Assembly (NCBI GenBank): GCA_963781585.1
Contig: CAWAGQ010000005.1
Coordinates: forward strand, 224,001-288,000
Source: an uncultured Gemmatimonadaceae bacterium
Lineage (GTDB): Bacteria > Gemmatimonadota > Gemmatimonadetes > Gemmatimonadales > Gemmatimonadaceae
DNA length: 64,000 nucleotides
Direction of reading: 5' to 3'
The position numbers and the translations under genes are program-made. Each line of letters begins with the position of its first letter. Within the stretch, counting starts at the first letter, position 1. Below are positions 19,955 through 29,770 of this stretch, piece by piece. The notes under the pieces are model-generated. The model worked only from the letters and a program-made list of their open reading frames with translations, had not been told where the DNA came from and made no database searches.

Positions 19955-21640
19955 CTAGACTTCTCCCGCCTTGCGAATCTCCATGATCCGATCCGCGGTT
20001 CGCATCGCCAGGGCGAGAATCGTCCACGTGGGGTTCTTGTCCGCCTGCGAGACAAACGGTCCGCCGTCGGCGACAAACAGATTCTTGCAGTCCCACGCCT
20101 GCGACCAGGAATTCAGCACCGACGACTTCGGATCGCTCCCCATCCGCACTGTGCCCAGCTCGTGAATGATCGAGCCCCCGGTGCTGATGCCGTATCCGCG
20201 CTCTTGCGACGGCATCGGGGAGAACACTTCGCCGCCCATCTCCGACACCAGCGCGCGGAATGTCTCCTGCATGTGTTTCACCTGGTTGATCTCGTAATCG
20301 CTCCACTTCCAGTGGAAGCGCAGCACCGGGATTCCCCAGATATCCGTGCGCTCGGGATCCAGCTCGCAGTAGCAGTCCTCGTTGGGAATCTGCTCGCCGC
20401 GGCCGGAGAATCCGATGGTGGAGCCGTAGTAGCGTCGATAGTCGTTCTTCAGCGACGCGCCGTAGCCGCCGCCCGGTTCATACCGTTCGATCCCCCCCAT
20501 GAACCCGTACGACGGCACTCCCAGTCCGCCCCACACTTCGATGTGATAGCCCCGCGGAAAATCGAGCTTCTTGTTGTCCACCCACCACGGCATGTAGATG
20601 TGCCCGCCACCCACGCCATCGCAGTTGTGCGACACGTGATCCATCAGTTTCGGAATGAAGCCTGATACATCCGTCCCCGTGGTGTCGGTCAGATATCTGC
20701 CCACCATCCCGCTCGAGTTGGCCAGCCCCTGCGGAAACGCCGACGACCTGGAGTTGAGCAGCAGACGCGCCGATTCGCACGCGCTCGCCGCGAGCACCAC
20801 CACCCGGGCCCGCACCGTCCGGTCGCGCCCCGACGTCTTGTCGATGTACGACACGCCCGACGCCAGTCCGCGACTGTCGACCGTGACCTCGTGGACCATC
20901 GCGTTCGTGATGATCTTCAGTCGTCCGGTCTGCATGGCCGGAAAGAGCAGGACGTTCGGCGATGTGAAGTTCGAGTTCGTCATGCACCCGCGATTGCACT
21001 CGCCACAGTAGTGACACGGCGCGCGATTGCCTAACGGCTTGGTGATGATCGACAGGCGCCCGGGGATGCACCAGATGCCCAGTTTGTCGGCTGCCTGCTT
21101 CACGTAGAGCTCGTAGCACCTCGGCTTCGGCGGAGGCTGGAAGATTCCGTCGGGATGGTTCGGCAGGTTCTCCCTGCTGCCGAAGATGCCGATCAGTCGG
21201 TCGATCCGGTCGTAATACGGCCGTACGTCCTCATACGAGATCGGCCAGTCCTCGCCCAGACCGTCCAGGCTCTTGCGCCGGAAGTCGTCCGGGCCGAAAC
21301 GGAGCGAGATGCGTCCCCAGTGATTGGTGCGTCCGCCCAGCATCCGGGCGCGCCACCACGAGAAGTTCGTCCCCGGGGCCCGCGTATAGGGCTCCCCCTC
21401 CACGTCCCAGCCGCCAATGCACGCATCGAACTCGCCGAACGGACGCTCCGGCGTCGATGCGCCGCGGCGCGGTGACTGGTACGGCCAGCGAAACATCGCG
21501 CTGTCCTTGGTATTGTCCCACCAGTCTCCTGCCTCCAGCACGACCACCCGCGCGCCCGCCTGGGTCAGTCGGTACGCCGCCATCCCGCCGCCGGCACCAG
21601 AACCGACGATGCAGACATCGTAGATTTCGTTCTGGATCAT
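19955..21640 (-). CDS. GMC family FAD oxidoreductase (glucoside/lactose 3-dehydrogenase-like large subunit)
   Basis: IVGSGAGG FAD motif, LGGRTNHWGR, CHYCGECNRGC Fe-S motif, IHELGTVRMG, KNPTWTILALA. Alternative ATG at 21649. Confidence 0.93.
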   Translation of the reverse strand: MIQNEIYDVCIVGSGAGGGMAAYRLTQAGARVVVLEAGDWWDNTKDSAMFRWPYQSPRRGASTPERPFGEFDACIGGWDVEGEPYTRAPGTNFSWWRARMLGGRTNHWGRISLRFGPDDFRRKSLDGLGEDWPISYEDVRPYYDRIDRLIGIFGSRENLPNHPDGIFQPPPKPRCYELYVKQAADKLGIWCIPGRLSIITKPLGNRAPCHYCGECNRGCMTNSNFTSPNVLLFPAMQTGRLKIITNAMVHEVTVDSRGLASGVSYIDKTSGRDRTVRARVVVLAASACESARLLLNSRSSAFPQGLANSSGMVGRYLTDTTGTDVSGFIPKLMDHVSHNCDGVGGGHIYMPWWVDNKKLDFPRGYHIEVWGGLGVPSYGFMGGIERYEPGGGYGASLKNDYRRYYGSTIGFSGRGEQIPNEDCYCELDPERTDIWGIPVLRFHWKWSDYEINQVKHMQETFRALVSEMGGEVFSPMPSQERGYGISTGGSIIHELGTVRMGSDPKSSVLNSWSQAWDCKNLFVADGGPFVSQADKNPTWTILALAMRTADRIMEIRKAGEV

Positions 21641-21872
21641 CCCTGTCATTGTGCTCGCGAGTCGCTCGGATCCTGGGTTCGCTGTCCCTCGCGGCGGATC
21701 GCCACGAGTCGCGCGCCAGGGCGCACCGCGCCATGGGCTACTCTCCAATCCTCGCCTATTGAAGCCGGGGACGCTACCCTGACGCCCCCTTTTCGGCCGG
21801 AGACGGGTCCGCGTGAATGCAACGACGCGACCCAGGCCGCTCCACATGACTCCCGCCGGCCGATCACGTCAA

Positions 21873-22898
21873 CTAGAACTCGATCGAGAGACCAAGCCGG
21901 GTTGGCGTCATGATCGGCGCAATGCGGACTCCCCTGGCCTCACTGAATTCTCCCCGCGATCCCGGCTTGAGACGCGTGCGGCCCCGCGCCACCGCCGCGT
22001 CCGCCACCGTGGCTCCGATGCCGATGGCCAGCGGATAGTCGCTCGCCCAGTGCACCCCGGTGTTCACCATCGCGAACGACAGAATTCCCAGCAACGCGTA
22101 CCCCACCGGCCGCACGAACCGGTTCTCCGGATAGTTGCCCGCCACCACCCACACCGTCGCCACCGCGGCCGCCAGATGACCTGACGGAAACGCGTCGAAC
22201 GCCGGGGTGTTGCGCGCGTAGGCCGCGAGGCTGGGGAACGGACGCCACCGCCCGCGCCGCACCGTGGCTTCTGATGGTGTCTGCCGCCCGAACGTGTGCT
22301 TCAGGCCCTGCGTGATGATGCCTAACGTGAAAAGCGACTCGGTGATCTCGCTCGCGGTCCGCAGCGCCCGGTAGTCGTTGTGCCAGACCCCGACCACGAA
22401 GAAATGCCCCGCCACCGCCATGCTCATCCACCCATCACCGAGGAAATACATCGCCGACGAAATGGTCGTGGGAAACGGCAGCACCTTCACGCCGGCGACC
22501 ACCAGGTTCGCCGACGGATGCGTCGGTGGAATGTCCAGATGTCGCGCGACGTTGCGTGTCTTGTCCAGGACCCACTCGTCGGCCGCGATCAGACCCAGCG
22601 TGCTGGTGGTGATCACCGCCCACCCTCTCACCCGATCGCGACGGAAGGCGAGATCCATCGTCCGCCCAAGCGTCCCGGGAACGTTCCGAAACGCCTGCAG
22701 GCGTCCCGGCCGCGTATACGCAAACCGGCCGAACGCCCCCAGGTCCACCTCCTGGGCCGCCCGTGACCCGTGCGACCCGTTGGGCTTCACGCACGGCGCC
22801 GTGGAATCCGCGTCCGGGCAGCTGTCCTGAGCCGCGAGGACCCCCGGTACCAGGATCCAGACCACCAGTACGGACGCAAGGCGCCGTGCGATACGCAT
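21873..22898 (-). CDS. PAP2 family phosphatase
   Basis: KHTFGRQTP, FPSGH and HWASD motifs; signal peptide from ATG 22898. Confidence 0.85.
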   Translation of the reverse strand: MRIARRLASVLVVWILVPGVLAAQDSCPDADSTAPCVKPNGSHGSRAAQEVDLGAFGRFAYTRPGRLQAFRNVPGTLGRTMDLAFRRDRVRGWAVITTSTLGLIAADEWVLDKTRNVARHLDIPPTHPSANLVVAGVKVLPFPTTISSAMYFLGDGWMSMAVAGHFFVVGVWHNDYRALRTASEITESLFTLGIITQGLKHTFGRQTPSEATVRRGRWRPFPSLAAYARNTPAFDAFPSGHLAAAVATVWVVAGNYPENRFVRPVGYALLGILSFAMVNTGVHWASDYPLAIGIGATVADAAVARGRTRLKPGSRGEFSEARGVRIAPIMTPTRLGLSIEF

Positions 22899-22969
22899 GC
22901 TGCGATGTCCTTCAAGGGCCACTGCCGGCAGGCTCGAACGAAAGCGCGGCGACGCCAGAAACGTCAAGC

Positions 22970-23728
22970 CTACCGCCGGCTGGTCGAACCGGCGGCCGGC
23001 GGAAGGCTCCGCAGCACGCTCTCCGCGCTCAACACGCCTAACGCCGCACCCGAAAGTACGTCGCTCGTCCAGTGATCGTTCTGATAGATGCGCGACACCC
23101 CCACCAGCGTTGCCGCACCGAAGAACACCGCCCGCAGCATCGTCCGGTGACGCGGGTGAGCACGGCCCAGCTGGCTGGCCAGCGCCGTCGCCGCCGCGAA
23201 CGCCCCGCTCGTGTGCCCGGACGGAAACGACGTTTGGCTCCCGTCGAAGAAGCCGCGCCCCGGAATGTACATGTCCGGGTCCCCGGGATGACTCTTCGGC
23301 CGTCCTCGACCGATCAGCCCCTTCGTCAGCTCCGTCAGCACCGCGCTCAGCAGTACCGCGTGAGTCGTCACCGCTCCCAGATGCTGCATTACACTGTCGT
23401 GACCCACACGACCCACCAGCCAGAGCGTACCGCCCGTCACCAGCGGCGCCGCACCACCGATCGAACTCACGTCCAGCGAGACGTGGCGCAGCGTCGCTCC
23501 CCCGTGCACGTTCAGCTTCTGCGACTCGTCCGACAGCCGCACATCGAACAGTGACACCGTCGCCGACGCCGCCAGCGAGATCGCGCCCACCACGAGCAGG
23601 GGACGCACGCTCGCAGCCGCCGGAGCCGGGAGGCGCGTCGTGACCGTGTCGCCGCCCTGCGCCGCAACATCTCGGCCCAGGACGGCTCCCACCACTACCA
23701 ACGTCAGACCGCAGCGCCTCACATTCAT
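22970..23728 (-). CDS. PAP2 family phosphatase
   Basis: KGLIGRGRP, SFPSGH, SRIYQNDHWTSDV. GAGGTG RBS before ATG 23728. Confidence 0.9.
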   Translation of the reverse strand: MNVRRCGLTLVVVGAVLGRDVAAQGGDTVTTRLPAPAAASVRPLLVVGAISLAASATVSLFDVRLSDESQKLNVHGGATLRHVSLDVSSIGGAAPLVTGGTLWLVGRVGHDSVMQHLGAVTTHAVLLSAVLTELTKGLIGRGRPKSHPGDPDMYIPGRGFFDGSQTSFPSGHTSGAFAAATALASQLGRAHPRHRTMLRAVFFGAATLVGVSRIYQNDHWTSDVLSGAALGVLSAESVLRSLPPAAGSTSRR

Positions 23729-23837
23729 GACCACCTCGTCGGACGAGCTCAGCCAAGCCTGCTACACTCCTAAGACTCGGCCCTCTCGCGCCGCCTCGCA
23801 ATGGCGGCATCCCCGAAACAGGGCGTCCCTCCTGGGT

Positions 23838-26333
23838 TCACCTCCACCGCAGCACGCTGAGGATGTCGGAATAGTCATCCGTCCACACCCGCGTTGCCGG
23901 CTCCGGCGGCAGCGGCGTCCAGTCGGGCTGCCGGAGCAGCGTCGCAAGCGTTGCCGGTTTGTTCGCCAACACCACCCAGCGGCTCCCGTAGTAGAGCTTG
24001 AGCCGCTCCTCCGCGGTGACGTCGCGGTCGCCCACGGCACCCGGAATGCGCGCATCGTCCGCCAACCCGGTCAGGACCGGGCGCAAATCGACGTAGCGGT
24101 TGCTGATGTGGAACGCCACTGCTCCCCCGTCGCGCAGCTTCCGTCGGTAGAGGGCCAGCGCCTCGCGGGTGAGCAGATGCGCCGGGATCGCATCCGACGT
24201 GAATGCATCCAGAATGATCAGGTCGAACTCGGAGTCCGGCGCCTGTGCCAGCGAGAGCCTCGCGTCTCCCAGAACGATGTCTATCGTCGGCGGGCAGTCG
24301 CGTATGTAGGAGAACAACGACGGAGAGCGGGCAATCCGCACCACCAGCGGATCGATCTCGTAGTACGTCCAGCGCTCACCCGTCCTGCCGTAGCATGCCG
24401 TCGTCCCCGTTCCCAGTCCCACCACGGCAACCCGTCGCAGCGGACGCGACGTCGCCACGGTCTCGAAGATCTGGCCCAGCGGACCGCCCCGGAAATAGTA
24501 CGTGATGGGCTCGAGCCGCCGTTCAGGATTCGTGCTCTCGGCACCGTGCGTCGTCGTGCCGTTCTGGAGCACCGTGTATTCGAGGATCTGCCGCACCCGA
24601 TAGATGCCGAAGAAGCTGCGCCGCTGGAAAATGATGTCGCTGTTGGCGGCATCCGCGAACCGCGCCCCCCCGTATATGGCGAACGCGCCGAGCGCCAGCC
24701 GGAACGGTCGCTTCCAGAAGAGTGCCACCACCAGCCCCGCCACCCCAAGGAAGATCTGCGTGCCGTACGTCCCCCACTCGTCAGGCGGCTTCGGAAGCCG
24801 GTACCCGCCCCAGACCGCCGCGCACACCAGCGCTGGAAGCAGAAGGTCCAGCAGCAGCGCACGGCGACTGCCGAACTGACGCGAGAACGACGGTCGCAAT
24901 CCGAGCGCGATCACCAGCGCAAACGGATACTCGATCAGCGTGTCGTAGAGTTGCGGCGCCAGGATCACGTTGAACACGCCACCCAGCACCCCACCCAGCG
25001 ACATCCACAGATAGAACTCGGTCAGATGCTCGGCCCGGGGCCGGCTGTCGGCCAGCTCCCGGTGACACACCATCGCCGTCACGAAGAACGCCAGGAGATG
25101 CAGCGCTGCCTGCGTCGTGATCCGGCGCCCTGGGCCAATGCAGATGGACACCATCAGCGCCAGCCCCAACGCCAGCTGTAGAAGCAGCATGAAACCCCGC
25201 CCCAGGGGAGGCCGTCGCGCAAACACCAGCACGAACGTCAGCAGGTAGAGCGCCAGCGGAATGACCCAGAGAAACGGGACTGACGCGATATCGGTGCTGA
25301 GATACGTCGTCACCCCGATGAGCAGACTCGACGGCGCAAACGCCAGCAGCACCCAGCGCAGTCGCCAGTGTCGATTGGGGATGATCGTGGGTCGGCCGGG
25401 GGCCTTCGCGCTGGCGTCAGGCATGCCGCTGGCGCCGGGTATGGTCGTGCTCGCGGCTGCCTCGCCACCACCGGTTGCGTCGCGTACGTCGCCGCTGCTG
25501 ACGAACGGCGCGCTTCCCTTCGTCTGCCGCGTCACCACACCCGCGTCGACACTCGCGACCGACGGGGGCACCATGACCGCCGCCTCCGGAGCGCTCGCCG
25601 CAACCGAAACCATCGGTCCTGTTGCCCGCGCCCCTCGCAGCAGGTACGTCATCAGCGCGCAGAGCGCGAGCAGCGCGATCAGGAAATAGTAGATCTCCAG
25701 CCACGAGACCGTCTGCTCGGAAACGCGCAGCCGCGGCTCGATCAGGAAAGGATACGCCAGCAGCGCCGCAAAGCTTCCGAGATTGCTGGCCGCGTACAGG
25801 AAGTACGGATTGTCCGCTGCCCGATGGCGCGTGGACGCAAACCAGCGCTGCAGCATCGGCGCTCCCGCCGCCAGCAGAAAGAACGGGGCTCCCAGCGACA
25901 CCGTCAGGAGACCCAGCAGCCACGGAATCGGCAGCACCGTCCCGGTCGGGTGGGACCAAGCCGATGGTACGCGAATCGGCAGCAGCGCCAGGGAACCCAG
26001 GAGCAGCACCAGGTGCACTCCGGCTTGCACCTTCGGTGACCAGATACGCGACGTCAGGTGTGCGTAGAGATACCCGGCCAGCAAGGCGGTCTGGAAGAAC
26101 AGCAGGCAGGTGTTCCAGATCGCCGGAGACCCGCCCAGCAGCGGCAGTACCATCTTCGTGAACATCGGCTGCACGGCGAACAGGAGCGCCGCGTTGAGGA
26201 AGATGGCCGAGGCAAACGTGACCAGCAGCAGGACCGCGCTGGCTCCCGACAGAGAGCCGGCATGCTCCCCGGTGGTGGGCCCAGTGTGAATCTGCGGGGC
26301 CGTTTCGGCCACCACCGGCGTTACCTCCGACAT
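23838..26333 (-). CDS. Fused membrane domain / spermidine-synthase-like SAM methyltransferase
   Basis: Many TM helices (LLFAVQPMF, NPYFLYAASNLGS), then LQNGTTTHG, VVGLGTG, YEIDP, GDARL, LDAFTSD and WTDDYS. Confidence 0.9.
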   Translation of the reverse strand: MSEVTPVVAETAPQIHTGPTTGEHAGSLSGASAVLLLVTFASAIFLNAALLFAVQPMFTKMVLPLLGGSPAIWNTCLLFFQTALLAGYLYAHLTSRIWSPKVQAGVHLVLLLGSLALLPIRVPSAWSHPTGTVLPIPWLLGLLTVSLGAPFFLLAAGAPMLQRWFASTRHRAADNPYFLYAASNLGSFAALLAYPFLIEPRLRVSEQTVSWLEIYYFLIALLALCALMTYLLRGARATGPMVSVAASAPEAAVMVPPSVASVDAGVVTRQTKGSAPFVSSGDVRDATGGGEAAASTTIPGASGMPDASAKAPGRPTIIPNRHWRLRWVLLAFAPSSLLIGVTTYLSTDIASVPFLWVIPLALYLLTFVLVFARRPPLGRGFMLLLQLALGLALMVSICIGPGRRITTQAALHLLAFFVTAMVCHRELADSRPRAEHLTEFYLWMSLGGVLGGVFNVILAPQLYDTLIEYPFALVIALGLRPSFSRQFGSRRALLLDLLLPALVCAAVWGGYRLPKPPDEWGTYGTQIFLGVAGLVVALFWKRPFRLALGAFAIYGGARFADAANSDIIFQRRSFFGIYRVRQILEYTVLQNGTTTHGAESTNPERRLEPITYYFRGGPLGQIFETVATSRPLRRVAVVGLGTGTTACYGRTGERWTYYEIDPLVVRIARSPSLFSYIRDCPPTIDIVLGDARLSLAQAPDSEFDLIILDAFTSDAIPAHLLTREALALYRRKLRDGGAVAFHISNRYVDLRPVLTGLADDARIPGAVGDRDVTAEERLKLYYGSRWVVLANKPATLATLLRQPDWTPLPPEPATRVWTDDYSDILSVLRWR

Positions 26334-26688
26334 GCTCGCGAATGTGATGTCCGGCCCGCGCCACGTCCATCGGCGGATGTCCGAGTAGCCACCGTCGCCA
26401 ACAGCGTCGCCGGTATTCCAGGGCTGAACGCACCAGTTGCCCACTGCACACCACCTTCGCCCCTCTCCACCACGCGGCCAGGTTGCCCCGGCCAGTCGCC
26501 GGACGGCCGCGAGTCATCACAACGATACCGCGCCTTGTCCCGTCGCTCTGGCCGTTGCGCATCCTGGTCTGTCTTCTTCGCTCGACCTGATCCAACCAAA
26601 TACCGCCGGCGACCGGCTTCCGCCGAACCGCATTCGGTCCTAGTCTCCCTCACTCGGATCCGCCGTCGTCTCCAATCCACCTCCTCCG

Positions 26689-28323
26689 ATGCCTTCTCGC
26701 CGGGACTTTCTTCAGCAAGGCGGGGCCGCGGTCGGCGCCATTGCCCTTGGCGGAGCTCTTCGCGCCGCGCACGCCACCGCTCCCGCTCCGCCAGCCGCGC
26801 CACGTGGCCCGCATGCCGCCGACATGGACGCAGCGGTCAAGGAGCTTCTCATGGAGGCGCTCAACGCCGCCAGGATGGCCGGAGCGACCTACGCGGATGC
26901 CCGCATCGCCCGCTACCTCCAGCAGTTCATCCAGACCCGCGAACAGCAGATCCAGACGGTCGCCGATACGGATTCCATCGGGTGCGGCGTCCGCGTGCTG
27001 ATCGCCGGAACCTGGGGCTTCTCCGCCACTCGCGAGCTCACGAAAGCCGGCGTTGCCGGTGCTGCCCGCGAGGCGGCCGCGATCGCCCGCGCCGATCGCG
27101 TGGCGCGCGATCGCGCCGTCGAACTCGCCCCTGCGCCGCCGGTAGCGGACGCCTCCTGGAAGAGCGCCTGCGAGATCGATCCCTGGTCCATCCCGCTCGA
27201 GCAGAAAATCGACGTGCTCCTCAGGGCGAATGCCGAAGGCATGAAGGCGAAGAATGTGAAGTACGTGTTCAGCGGGATGTTCTTCCGCAAGACGCAGCGC
27301 GACTACGCCGACACAAACGGCTCGCTGATTTCCCAGACGGTTGTGCAGAGTTGGGCGCCCCTGCAGTTCACCGCCGTGGCGTCGGATTTCTCCGACTTCC
27401 AGAACCGCGCCAACATGACGCCGCCCATGGGGCGCGGCTATGAGTATGTCACCGCCCTGGATCTGGTCGGGAACGCCGGCAAGTGGGGTGACGAAGCAAG
27501 TCAGAAGCTCTCGGCCAAGCCCGTTGACGTGGGACGGTATGACCTGGTGCTCCACCCCTCGCACCTCTGGCTGACGGTGCATGAGTCCATCGCGCATCCC
27601 ACCGAACTGGACCGCGCGTTGGGATACGAGGCGAACTACGCCGGCACCAGCTTCGTCGCGCCTCCCGAGAAGTTCCTCGGCACCTTCCGGTACGGTCCCG
27701 AATTCATGAACATTCGCGGCGATCGGTCCCAGCCCGGCACCCTCGGCGAGATCGGCTACGACGACGAGGGCGTGGCGCCGGATGACTTTCTCATCATCCG
27801 CAACGGCGTCGTCAACGACTACCAGACCACCCGCGAGCAGGCCACCTGGCTGAAGTGGTGGTACGACGCGCAGAAGCGGCCGGTGCGTTCCCATGGTTGC
27901 TCCTACGCCGATAACTGGTCCAGCGTGCAGTTCCAACGCATGCCAAACGTCTCGCTTCTGCCTGGCGAAAAGGACTTGTCGTTCGACGACCTCGTTGCGG
28001 CCACCGACCGCGGCATCGCCATCATCGGCGACGGGTCCTTCTCCATCGACCAGCAGCGCTACAACGCGCAGTTCGGCGGACAGCTCTTCTACGAGATCCG
28101 CGGTGGCAAGATCACCGGCATGCTCAAGGACGTCGCATATCAGATGCGCACCCCGGACTTCTGGAACTCCATGGACATGCTGGGTGGGAAGTCGAGCTAT
28201 GAAATCGGCGGCTCGTTCTTCGACGGGAAGGGACAGCCGGGGCAGATCAACGCCGTCAGTCACGGTGCTGTCCCCGCTCGCTTCCGGAATCAGAACGTGA
28301 TCAACACCGGGAGGAAGACATGA
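26689..28323 (+). CDS. tldD: TldD-family metalloprotease with Tat signal peptide
   Basis: SRRDFLQ twin-arginine signal, GVRV...GTWGF, HESIAH(PTELDR), YDDEGV, QRMPN, VSHG. Confidence 0.9.
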   Translation: MPSRRDFLQQGGAAVGAIALGGALRAAHATAPAPPAAPRGPHAADMDAAVKELLMEALNAARMAGATYADARIARYLQQFIQTREQQIQTVADTDSIGCGVRVLIAGTWGFSATRELTKAGVAGAAREAAAIARADRVARDRAVELAPAPPVADASWKSACEIDPWSIPLEQKIDVLLRANAEGMKAKNVKYVFSGMFFRKTQRDYADTNGSLISQTVVQSWAPLQFTAVASDFSDFQNRANMTPPMGRGYEYVTALDLVGNAGKWGDEASQKLSAKPVDVGRYDLVLHPSHLWLTVHESIAHPTELDRALGYEANYAGTSFVAPPEKFLGTFRYGPEFMNIRGDRSQPGTLGEIGYDDEGVAPDDFLIIRNGVVNDYQTTREQATWLKWWYDAQKRPVRSHGCSYADNWSSVQFQRMPNVSLLPGEKDLSFDDLVAATDRGIAIIGDGSFSIDQQRYNAQFGGQLFYEIRGGKITGMLKDVAYQMRTPDFWNSMDMLGGKSSYEIGGSFFDGKGQPGQINAVSHGAVPARFRNQNVINTGRKT

Positions 28324-29750
28324 GTCCGTCTCGAGACACGGTCGAGTCCGGAGCGCCGCGCCGGCTCCTCGACCGCCCTGCAACCGACCGACCGCTGATT
28401 GCTGTTCCGGCGGGCGCCGTGCTGTCGCGCGATGACGCCCAGGCACTCATCCGGCGCGTCATTGACATGTCGCACGCCGAGACGGTCAAGGTGATCATCG
28501 GCGGCGGGTACAGCGCCAACATCCGCTTCGCAGACAATCAGATTTCCACCGCCGGGAGCAGCACCGACTTCAACATCCAGGTCGAGAGCGCCTATGGCCC
28601 CAAGCACGCGATTGTGGTCACCAACGACACCAGCGACCAGGCCCTGAGTCGTGCCGTCGAACAGTCCGAGCGCCTGGCGCGGCTGTCGCCCGACGACCCC
28701 GAGGCCATGCCACCCCTTGCCTCCCAGACCTATCAACCCGTTGGCGCATACTTCGATTCGGCCGCCGACATGACGCCGGACGAACGTGCACGAGTCGCGC
28801 TCACGGCCCTCGATCCGGCTCGCAGGGCCGGTGACCTCAAAGCGGCTGGCTTCCTCGTTCTCAATGCCGGGTGTACCGCGCTCGGCAACAATCACGGCCT
28901 GTTCGCCTATCACCGCTCCACCAACGCGAACTACACGCTCACCGTCCGCACCGCCGACGGCACCGGTTCCGGCTGGGCCGGCGCCGAGCATAACGACGCC
29001 GGTAAGGTCGCCTTCGACGCCGTGAGCCGGCAGGCCATCGAGAAGGCCAGACTCTCCCGACAGCCGGTCGCGATCGAACCGGGACGCTACACGGTGATCT
29101 TCGAACCCCAGGCCGTCGGTGACCTCTGCCAGCTCATCGGCTTCTACCTGGACGCCCGCTCCAGCGACGAGGGACGAAGTCCGTTCGTCAAGCAGGGCGG
29201 CGGCACCAGGATCGGCGAGAAAATCATCGACGAACGGGTCGATATCTACGCCGACCCCTTCGACCCCATGGTGCTGGCTCAGCCGTTTGACTTCGACGGC
29301 CTGCCGTTAGGCAGACAGGATTTCGTCCGCAAGGGCGTGCTCCGGACGCTGTACTACTCCCGCTTCTGGGCGAAGAAGAAGGGCGTCGATCCCACCGGCG
29401 CACCCACCTCGTTCGTCATGAGCGGCGGACAATCGAGCCTCGAGGAGATGATCGCCAGCACACCCCGCGGCGTCCTCGTCACCCGCCTCTGGTATCTCCG
29501 CGAGGTCGACCCCAGGACCATCCTCTACACCGGCCTCACGCGCGACGGCACCTTCCTCATCGAGAACGGAAAGATCACCAGGGCCATCAAGAACTTCCGG
29601 TTCAACGACTCACCCCTGATCATGCTCAACAACCTCGAGATGATCGGCCGGCCTGTACGACTGGCCGGCACCGAGGCCGGTGGAGCGGTCGTCGTCCCGC
29701 CCATCAAGGTCCGCGACTTCAACTTCACCAGCCTGTCGGACGCGGTCTAG
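28320..29750 (+). CDS. pmbA: TldE/PmbA family protein
   Basis: ATGA overlap with tldD. RFADNQI, EPGRYTVIFEPQAV, FDFDGLP, TGLTRDGTFLIENG, NFRFN. No HExxxH. Confidence 0.88.
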   Translation: MSPSRDTVESGAPRRLLDRPATDRPLIAVPAGAVLSRDDAQALIRRVIDMSHAETVKVIIGGGYSANIRFADNQISTAGSSTDFNIQVESAYGPKHAIVVTNDTSDQALSRAVEQSERLARLSPDDPEAMPPLASQTYQPVGAYFDSAADMTPDERARVALTALDPARRAGDLKAAGFLVLNAGCTALGNNHGLFAYHRSTNANYTLTVRTADGTGSGWAGAEHNDAGKVAFDAVSRQAIEKARLSRQPVAIEPGRYTVIFEPQAVGDLCQLIGFYLDARSSDEGRSPFVKQGGGTRIGEKIIDERVDIYADPFDPMVLAQPFDFDGLPLGRQDFVRKGVLRTLYYSRFWAKKKGVDPTGAPTSFVMSGGQSSLEEMIASTPRGVLVTRLWYLREVDPRTILYTGLTRDGTFLIENGKITRAIKNFRFNDSPLIMLNNLEMIGRPVRLAGTEAGGAVVVPPIKVRDFNFTSLSDAV

Positions 29751-29770
29751 TCGGCCACCCCACGGAGCCC

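Noticed and set aside
21873..23810. Single 645-aa ORF
   Set aside because: The 5' half is an off-frame read of the upstream PAP2 gene; the real gene starts at about 22898 with a signal peptide.
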